Assembly (NCBI GenBank): GCA_026395685.1
Contig: JAPLYG010000005.1
Span: 4,126-68,125 of the forward strand
DNA: 64,000 nucleotides
Source of the DNA: Candidatus Parcubacteria bacterium
GTDB lineage: Bacteria; Patescibacteriota; Patescibacteriia; CAIXNZ01
Reading direction: 5' to 3'
The notes beneath the pieces are model-generated. The model was not told the DNA's origin and made no database searches. It saw only the letters and a list, made by a program, of their open reading frames with translations. How positions within the stretch are numbered: position 1 is the stretch's first letter; every line of letters starts with the position of its first letter. Of this stretch, positions 58,221-64,000 are shown one piece after another. The translations under genes and the position numbers were made by a program.

Positions 58221-58550
58221 TTAACTTAATTCTTTAATTTCTTGTATTTTACTTGTATGACCGAATTTATCATTGCTTACATCCCAAATTGCGAACCATC
58301 CGATTTTTGGAGTTTTGGATAACTCATATCCACCTCTGTGTCCTGGTTCCATATATGCATATTGTTTTGGATGCTCTTGCCTATTAGCGAAAAAAACCGG
58401 ATATTTCTGCCCTCGCATATTTATTAATAACATCCCAGAAGGATTAGTTTCAAGCACATAAGTGTTATTGAGAGTAGTAATTTTATAAGACTTTTTCTCT
58501 ACTTCAACCTTTTGTTTTTTGGGCCTTATTGCTTCAATAAATTTAAACAT
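58221..58550 (-). CDS. Hypothetical protein
   Basis: ORF from MFKFIEA. Confidence 0.6.
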   Translation of the reverse strand: MFKFIEAIRPKKQKVEVEKKSYKITTLNNTYVLETNPSGMLLINMRGQKYPVFFANRQEHPKQYAYMEPGHRGGYELSKTPKIGWFAIWDVSNDKFGHTSKIQEIKELS

Positions 58551-58572
58551 AAAATTTTTTAATTTCTTACAA

Positions 58573-59067
58573 CTAACCCATACGCCGGACTTCATTCAGC
58601 CAATTATTGAATGCTTCGTAGAATCTTCCGTTTACTTTCCGATCTTTCTTCATTTCTTCAATATTCTCGCTATTCATAATATCCGCGCTTTTTTGCGGAG
58701 AAAATATCTCAATTGGCTTTACTGCTATTTCCGTATTTGACTTGCCGTCCCACTTATTAATATGAAATATATTCTTAAGACCGATATCCCAGGTAGCGTC
58801 AATTATAACCCACTTCTTATTGATTAAGGCTTCAAGATATAGATGAGTGCTATAATCATCATGAGGGATTTTTGAGACTTTTTTAGGCAAATCAATTGTA
58901 CTCCATAAGAAGCCGCAGACGCGATAACGAACTTCTAAACCCTGTTTATTCAACAAATCTTTAAGTGCTTTATTTTTTCCGCTGCAACAATCATCTTTTT
59001 CACCTAAAACAACAGGGATTCTATAAGGTATATTACGAACTGTTTTAAAAACTGATTTTATGTCCAT
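58573..59067 (-). CDS. Transglutaminase-like domain protein
   Basis: Cys-His-Asp arrangement: CCSGK, HLYLE, W.IIDATWD. Confidence 0.75.
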   Translation of the reverse strand: MDIKSVFKTVRNIPYRIPVVLGEKDDCCSGKNKALKDLLNKQGLEVRYRVCGFLWSTIDLPKKVSKIPHDDYSTHLYLEALINKKWVIIDATWDIGLKNIFHINKWDGKSNTEIAVKPIEIFSPQKSADIMNSENIEEMKKDRKVNGRFYEAFNNWLNEVRRMG

Positions 59068-59088
59068 AAAAGTATATTATCTATCTTC

Positions 59089-59577
59089 TTATTTGATTAA
59101 ATTAACCCCGGCCGGCAATTTAGCTTTAATAATCTCTAAATCAGCAGTAGAATAGTTATTCCCCGAAATATTCAGTGTCTGCAAATTTTTTAGGTTACCG
59201 AGCTCATTGGGCAACCCGGTCAACTGGTTATTAGATAAATCCAGTACCTGTAAATTTGAAAGCTGGCCAATTTCGGCCGGAACGCCTGTCATCTGATTAT
59301 TGCTGGCATTCAGGATTTTAAGTTTTTTAAGCTGGCCGATTTGCGACTGAATGGCGCCGGTAAGCAGGTTATTGCTGATGTTCAGTTCTTCAAGATTAGT
59401 CATCTTAAAAACATAATCCGGAACTTTGGTTAAATTCTGATTGCTTAAATCCAGCTTGTTAGCGTTTTTTACAATCGGCGCGCCATCAGTAGTTGCCGGA
59501 ATTGCCTTGGATCCGCCCCACCCGGCGCAGCCGCTTAAAAGCATGGTTGCAAATGCGATTAGAAATAATTTTTTCAT
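59089..59577 (-). CDS. Leucine-rich repeat lipoprotein
   Basis: Lipobox LSGC; repeats L..LDLSNNQLTGLP.E.G.L. Confidence 0.9.
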   Translation of the reverse strand: MKKLFLIAFATMLLSGCAGWGGSKAIPATTDGAPIVKNANKLDLSNQNLTKVPDYVFKMTNLEELNISNNLLTGAIQSQIGQLKKLKILNASNNQMTGVPAEIGQLSNLQVLDLSNNQLTGLPNELGNLKNLQTLNISGNNYSTADLEIIKAKLPAGVNLIK

Positions 59578-59598
59578 GGTTTTAAATTTAATCATTAA

Positions 59599-60849
59599 TT
59601 ATGTAGCAAATGCGACAATTTGTTGCTGTAGCCCCACGGGCTCTTCAGCATCTTCTTCAACTTCGCCATTCAACATTTTAATAACTGCATCTCCAATGTA
59701 ATAACCTAAATTCACAGGGACTGCGTTGCCAATTTGTTTATATTGTTGAGCTACAGAACCGCAAAATTTCCAATTATCAGGAAATGTCTGAATTCTTGCG
59801 TATTCACGAACCGAAAGCGGACGAGTTTCTTCTGGATGGCAGCGTTCGGTTTGTTTTTGAGCGGGACTGCAGGTCAAAGTCAATGATGGCTCATCCAATG
59901 ATAACCGCCTCGCCATCCCGGTCTTTCCGCCACCCATATAGAAACTTGCGCCCATATATTCTTTTTGCAGTTCTTCCGGGAGATCTCTCCAATAGCCACC
60001 GGGCGGAATCAATTTCATTATTTTTTTCTTTTTTTCAGGATACTCTTGCCCTTCTGATCTCGGACATTTATGAAAAGCTTCGCGCAGCGGAATTATATAG
60101 TCCTTTTCTTTTGGAAATGATATTGAAATATCTAAATCCTTTCTTACCCCAATAATTATCAGCCGTTCCCTTTTTTGAGGAACATCCAAATATTGTGAGC
60201 GTAAAATTTTATACTTAACATTATATCCAAGTTCCTCTAATACGCCAACCATTGTTTGGAGAGTCCTGCCATTATCATGCGCTAATAATCCCTTAACATT
60301 TTCGCCAATGGCGATTTTAGGCTTAACCTCCTTTACGCATCTGGCAAATTCAAAAAACAAAGTCCCTCTAATATCCTCGAATCCCATTTTTTTACCCGCG
60401 AAAGAAAAAGTCTGGCATGGAAAACCTCCTTGCACTATATCAGCCTGACCTTCAAAGAATTTCAGTTCCCGAATATCTCCTTCAACTACATTCCAATTTG
60501 GTTTATTTAATCTTAAAGTATCGCAGGCATGCTTATCATTTTCATTTAAAAGTATGTGTTGAATTCCGGCATTTTCCATTCCCAGCGCAGTTCCTCCGGC
60601 GCCGGCAAATAACTCAATTGCCGTATATGGAGACATTCTATTATTTTTCAAAATCTTAAATTTGCTATTTTTATCTCCATGCGTTTTGTTTTGAATTCTT
60701 TTAATCTCTTCCAAGCTAAACAAACGGTCATTCCGTTCATTTCTAAAAGATTTTATTAATCCTTTCTTATCCCATCGCCTAATCGTATCAATTGAGATGC
60801 CTAATTTTACGGCAGCTTCTCCAACTGTAATAAATATTTCTTTCTTCAT
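59599..60849 (-). CDS. C5 cytosine DNA methyltransferase with N-terminal MerR-like HTH (Eco47II/Sau96I-like)
   Basis: ELFAGAGG, GGFPCQ, ENV, QKRER, QIGNAVP; EAAVKLGISIDTIRRWD. Confidence 0.93.
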   Translation of the reverse strand: MKKEIFITVGEAAVKLGISIDTIRRWDKKGLIKSFRNERNDRLFSLEEIKRIQNKTHGDKNSKFKILKNNRMSPYTAIELFAGAGGTALGMENAGIQHILLNENDKHACDTLRLNKPNWNVVEGDIRELKFFEGQADIVQGGFPCQTFSFAGKKMGFEDIRGTLFFEFARCVKEVKPKIAIGENVKGLLAHDNGRTLQTMVGVLEELGYNVKYKILRSQYLDVPQKRERLIIIGVRKDLDISISFPKEKDYIIPLREAFHKCPRSEGQEYPEKKKKIMKLIPPGGYWRDLPEELQKEYMGASFYMGGGKTGMARRLSLDEPSLTLTCSPAQKQTERCHPEETRPLSVREYARIQTFPDNWKFCGSVAQQYKQIGNAVPVNLGYYIGDAVIKMLNGEVEEDAEEPVGLQQQIVAFAT

Positions 60850-60912
60850 ATAAAAAATGATAGATAATTAACCTATCATAATTATACCAAATAACCATTG
60901 CATAGGCAAAGG

Positions 60913-61620
60913 TTATTCAGTAAAAAAAGCTTTTTTGAATAATTCAAAATACTGTAAAGCCTCGTTTTTACCTAATTTATGCTGGTACTTTTCTGTTAAT
61001 ATGACTGGAATCGCTTCAAATAGCTCCTGCAAGGCATGTTCCCTCCCGGTTGCTAATGCATAAAAACTAACTCCATCAATTACTCTGATTTTTTCATTAA
61101 CAGGACGGCTTTTTTTAGTCTTATTATCCGGTGGCGTAAAAGGCTTGTTATATTTCTTTTTACCCTGAGAAATAATTTCAACATAATAACCAACGAAGTT
61201 TGAATATTCATCATTGCTTAGCTTCGCCTTTATTGCGTCATAAATTTCAACTTTATGATTGCCTTTTGTCGTATTATATTTATTTTTAACTTCTGCAATT
61301 ATTTTCATTTCATAATTTACAACATCTAACCCGCCTCCGGTACCGAGATTTGCCCAGCCAGGGATAGCGCCTAAAATCTGCTGATGAAAATCGCCGATGG
61401 CGTTTTGCATAGTTTTTTGCAGTTGTCTGGCTTTTTCTTGTTCAAGCCACTGTTTATATGTAATTGAATGAGAAATACCATCAAATAAAGCAGAAAATGG
61501 GTCAATTACATTCTTATGCAAATTAATAACAGAATTATTTTCTGCATTTTCAATAACTCTAATTACCTTATCAATAGCATCAATAAAGTCTTTGTCGGAT
61601 ATAAATTTTAGGTAGGACAT
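60913..61620 (-). CDS. Eco47II family type II restriction endonuclease
   Basis: KNVIDPF, E..RQ.QKT.QN.IGDFHQ, LD...AEVKNKYNT, IDG.SFY...TG; adjacent to the C5 MTase. Confidence 0.85.
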   Translation of the reverse strand: MSYLKFISDKDFIDAIDKVIRVIENAENNSVINLHKNVIDPFSALFDGISHSITYKQWLEQEKARQLQKTMQNAIGDFHQQILGAIPGWANLGTGGGLDVVNYEMKIIAEVKNKYNTTKGNHKVEIYDAIKAKLSNDEYSNFVGYYVEIISQGKKKYNKPFTPPDNKTKKSRPVNEKIRVIDGVSFYALATGREHALQELFEAIPVILTEKYQHKLGKNEALQYFELFKKAFFTE

Positions 61621-61705
61621 ACTATTTATTTTATATTTTAATAATATTATAATTATACAGTAGACACTTTGCTTAAAACTATTTGTAAGGAATAACTATT
61701 TAGCC

Positions 61706-62227
61706 TTATATTGTTAATGTAGAAGATACATTAGCTAATTTACTTATATCAGCTAATAAAACGAAAATATCTCCTGGTTTCATATAGTCCATGTAAAGTT
61801 TTGAATGCTCTAAATTTTCTTCAATTATTTTTCCTCGCCAAGAGATTGGTAATTCCTTAATTGTCTGCTGTCTTTGTCTCCCATTACCCCAAAAGAATTC
61901 ATTATTATGAGCACTTGCATTCCTTATGTGTCTTAAAAATTGCAACAATTGATTTTGTTTAAATGGTTGAAAATCGGGTTCATCCCAAACAATGTCTTTA
62001 ACTGCGATTGTAAATACTCGATAAAAATTAATTAAAGTTTGAGAATATAAAGGTGTGGATTGATTTACTCCTTCCTGCTGAATTGAATTCAATATAGTTT
62101 TAGCCACTTTAATTGATTGAGGTGTAACTGAACAACTTAGGTCAATTATATACGGATATGGGATATAAAAAGTTTTAGCATAATTAACAGATACTTTTAG
62201 CCAAGTCATTGAAGCTATAACATTCAT
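61706..62227 (-). CDS. Putative HEPN-motif protein, possibly 5'-interrupted
   Basis: RNASAH (Rx4H) motif; in-frame ATG 62293 is followed by TAA at 62285-62287. Confidence 0.55.
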   Translation of the reverse strand: MNVIASMTWLKVSVNYAKTFYIPYPYIIDLSCSVTPQSIKVAKTILNSIQQEGVNQSTPLYSQTLINFYRVFTIAVKDIVWDEPDFQPFKQNQLLQFLRHIRNASAHNNEFFWGNGRQRQQTIKELPISWRGKIIEENLEHSKLYMDYMKPGDIFVLLADISKLANVSSTLTI

Positions 62228-62354
62228 AAAAGTATCTAATAAATCATTAAATGAAGGATGAAAGTATAAAGGAATATCTTGATTTTAGTTCATAAAAAAT
62301 AAGTTTGCTTAAATTGAATGATTAATTTTTTTCATATTATCAAATATGGTTAAA

Positions 62355-62390
62355 TTAAACCAATTCCCTCGCGACCTTATCAATATCCCC
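62355..62390 (-). pseudogene. Duplicated, diverged 3' end of murC
   Basis: Encodes GDIDKVARELV-stop versus the murC end GDIDKVARDLI-stop. Confidence 0.85.
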
Positions 62391-62443
62391 TATGATTAAT
62401 CACCAACCTTCGTTGGCCGTATCCAACTTCGGTTGGCGAAGGC

Positions 62444-62558
62444 CAATAATCAAACCTCAATCATCAAACAATCTCTAAATTCCAAATTCAAATACCAAAA
62501 TTGGTTATTAGAATTTAATTATTTGGATTTGTTTGGATGTTGATTATTGATGATTGAT
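62444..62558. repeat. Imperfect palindrome of ~7-bp repeats (same family as 15446-15574)
   Basis: caataatcaaacctcaatcatcaaacaat...atttgtttggatgttgattattgatgattg. Confidence 0.75.
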
Positions 62559-62560
62559 TC

Positions 62561-63997
62561 TTATATTAAATCCCTGGCAACTTTGTCTATATCACCGGCC
62601 CCAAGTATAAGCACCACATCATTACTCTGCATCTCACTCAAAATCTTGGCCTTGGTTTCAGTCAAATCGCTGGCATAATAATATAGCGACGGCTTGACGC
62701 CCTGAACCAATTTTTTACTTTCAGTCATGACAATCTTGTCCAGCAGATCATTGGAGCTGATTCTTTTGGTCACATCCTTTTCTTCCCTGCCAGCCACATC
62801 ATAAATCTCGCTCAAAATCACCACATCAGCCGGGCTTTGAGCAAATATTCTGGCAAATTCGCCGAAAAGTTCCCTGGTCCTTTGAATCTGATGGGGCTGA
62901 AAAACCACGAGCAATCGTTTATCGGGATAAAATTCTTTGGCAGCCTGAATGGTTTTGGCCACTTCCGTGGGATGATGGGCATAATCAGAAATAATCAAAG
63001 CGCCGTTTTTATCATCACTTAGGTTGCTGATTTTTCCCAATATTTCAAATCTTCTCCAGACTCCGGTATATTGCGCTAAAGTATCTTTAATCGCATCGGC
63101 ACTCACACCCATTTCCAAACCCAGTAAACATGCGCCCAAGGCATTTGAGATATTGAATTTGCCCGGAACCTGCAAATTAAAGTCGCGCAATTCCTGGCCT
63201 TTATAAACAGGCCGAAAAATCTGACGGCCATGATCAACTTTTATATTTTTTGCTAATAAATCTGCAGACTGATTTTCAAGCCCGAAAGTCAAAATATTGC
63301 AGGCAGGCTTTTCCAGTCTTTCCCGTAAAATCGGGTCATCCAAATTGTAAATCAATAAACCGTCTTCGGGTATTTTATTAATAAAATTCTGAAAAGTATC
63401 AATATAATGATTTAAATCGCGATAATAATCAGGATGATCAAATTCAATATTGGTTAAAATCACTATCTGGGGATTTAATTCCAGCATATGAGCGCGGTAT
63501 TCATCGCCTTCAACCACAAAATATTCAGAACCGCCCAGACGCAAATTGCCATCCCAATTTTTTACTTTTGAGCCGACAATTACTGTGGGATCAAAATTAC
63601 CTTTATCTAAAATTAAACCGGCTAAAGCAGTAGTTGTGGTTTTGCCATGACAGCCGGAAATGGCAATAGTCTGCTTTTGCTTGCTATACTCGCCCAAAAA
63701 TTGAAAATAACTGAGGCACGGAATTTTATGTTCTTTGGCTACCTGCCTTTCCGGATTGTTTTCAGGCACGGCATCGGAATAAATAACCAAATTAACGTCT
63801 TTGGAAACATTATTGGTATTATGCGTTCCAATATTAATTTTGGCGCCAAAGTTTCTTAAAGTGGCAATTGTATCCGACTCATTAACATCTGAGCCGGTAA
63901 CAATTTTATCCTGGCGTAGAAGCAGTTTGGCCACGGCTGAAATACCAATGCCGCCGATGCCGATGATGTGGATTTTTTTGAGTTTGGTTATTTCCAT
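62561..63997 (-). CDS. murC: UDP-N-acetylmuramate--L-alanine ligase
   Basis: HIIGIGGIGIS, GCHGKTTT, VEGDEY, DYAHHPTE, FQPH, GAGDI. Confidence 0.97.
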   Translation of the reverse strand: MEITKLKKIHIIGIGGIGISAVAKLLLRQDKIVTGSDVNESDTIATLRNFGAKINIGTHNTNNVSKDVNLVIYSDAVPENNPERQVAKEHKIPCLSYFQFLGEYSKQKQTIAISGCHGKTTTTALAGLILDKGNFDPTVIVGSKVKNWDGNLRLGGSEYFVVEGDEYRAHMLELNPQIVILTNIEFDHPDYYRDLNHYIDTFQNFINKIPEDGLLIYNLDDPILRERLEKPACNILTFGLENQSADLLAKNIKVDHGRQIFRPVYKGQELRDFNLQVPGKFNISNALGACLLGLEMGVSADAIKDTLAQYTGVWRRFEILGKISNLSDDKNGALIISDYAHHPTEVAKTIQAAKEFYPDKRLLVVFQPHQIQRTRELFGEFARIFAQSPADVVILSEIYDVAGREEKDVTKRISSNDLLDKIVMTESKKLVQGVKPSLYYYASDLTETKAKILSEMQSNDVVLILGAGDIDKVARDLI

Positions 63998-64000
63998 ATT

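Noticed and set aside
1-64000. Alternative genetic code (TGA read as Gly)
   Set aside because: Conserved genes are full length in code 11, and TGA ends prs, serA and the GIY-YIG gene at expected lengths

Overview
AT-rich bacterial chromosome segment read in genetic code 11. Gene content and the absence of Shine-Dalgarno (SD) sites on core genes suggest Patescibacteria/CPR, probably Parcubacteria-ABY1-like (inference). Core genes include clpB with a perfect CIRCE operator, the AmmeMemoRadiSam trio amrS/amrB/amrA, a degenerate priA, def-fmt, dinB, typA, a csoR-copA copper operon, gatC/gatA, murC/murB, two tRNA-Ser genes and several large secreted repeat proteins. A small defence islet (Eco47II-like type II R-M plus a HEPN-motif ORF) sits between murC and murB. 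Four less obvious layers stand out. (1) About a dozen stand-alone genes carry a near-consensus sigma70 promoter, a strong AGGAGG-type SD and usually a hairpin terminator, unlike the SD-less core genes. (2) A promoter- and terminator-bounded ~100-nt RNA displays an anti-SD sequence (ACCUCCUCCUU) in a hairpin loop. (3) A four-helix-bundle gene lies between gatC and gatA inside inverted 10-bp tandem-repeat arms that can pair to bring the gatC stop next to the gatA start; many gene-less tandem-repeat palindromes occupy other gene junctions, one next to a synonymously diverged duplicate of the murC 3' end. (4) A radical SAM/SPASM enzyme is coupled to a membrane protein with a precursor-like TCY motif. 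All assignments come from motif recognition by eye; no searches were run.
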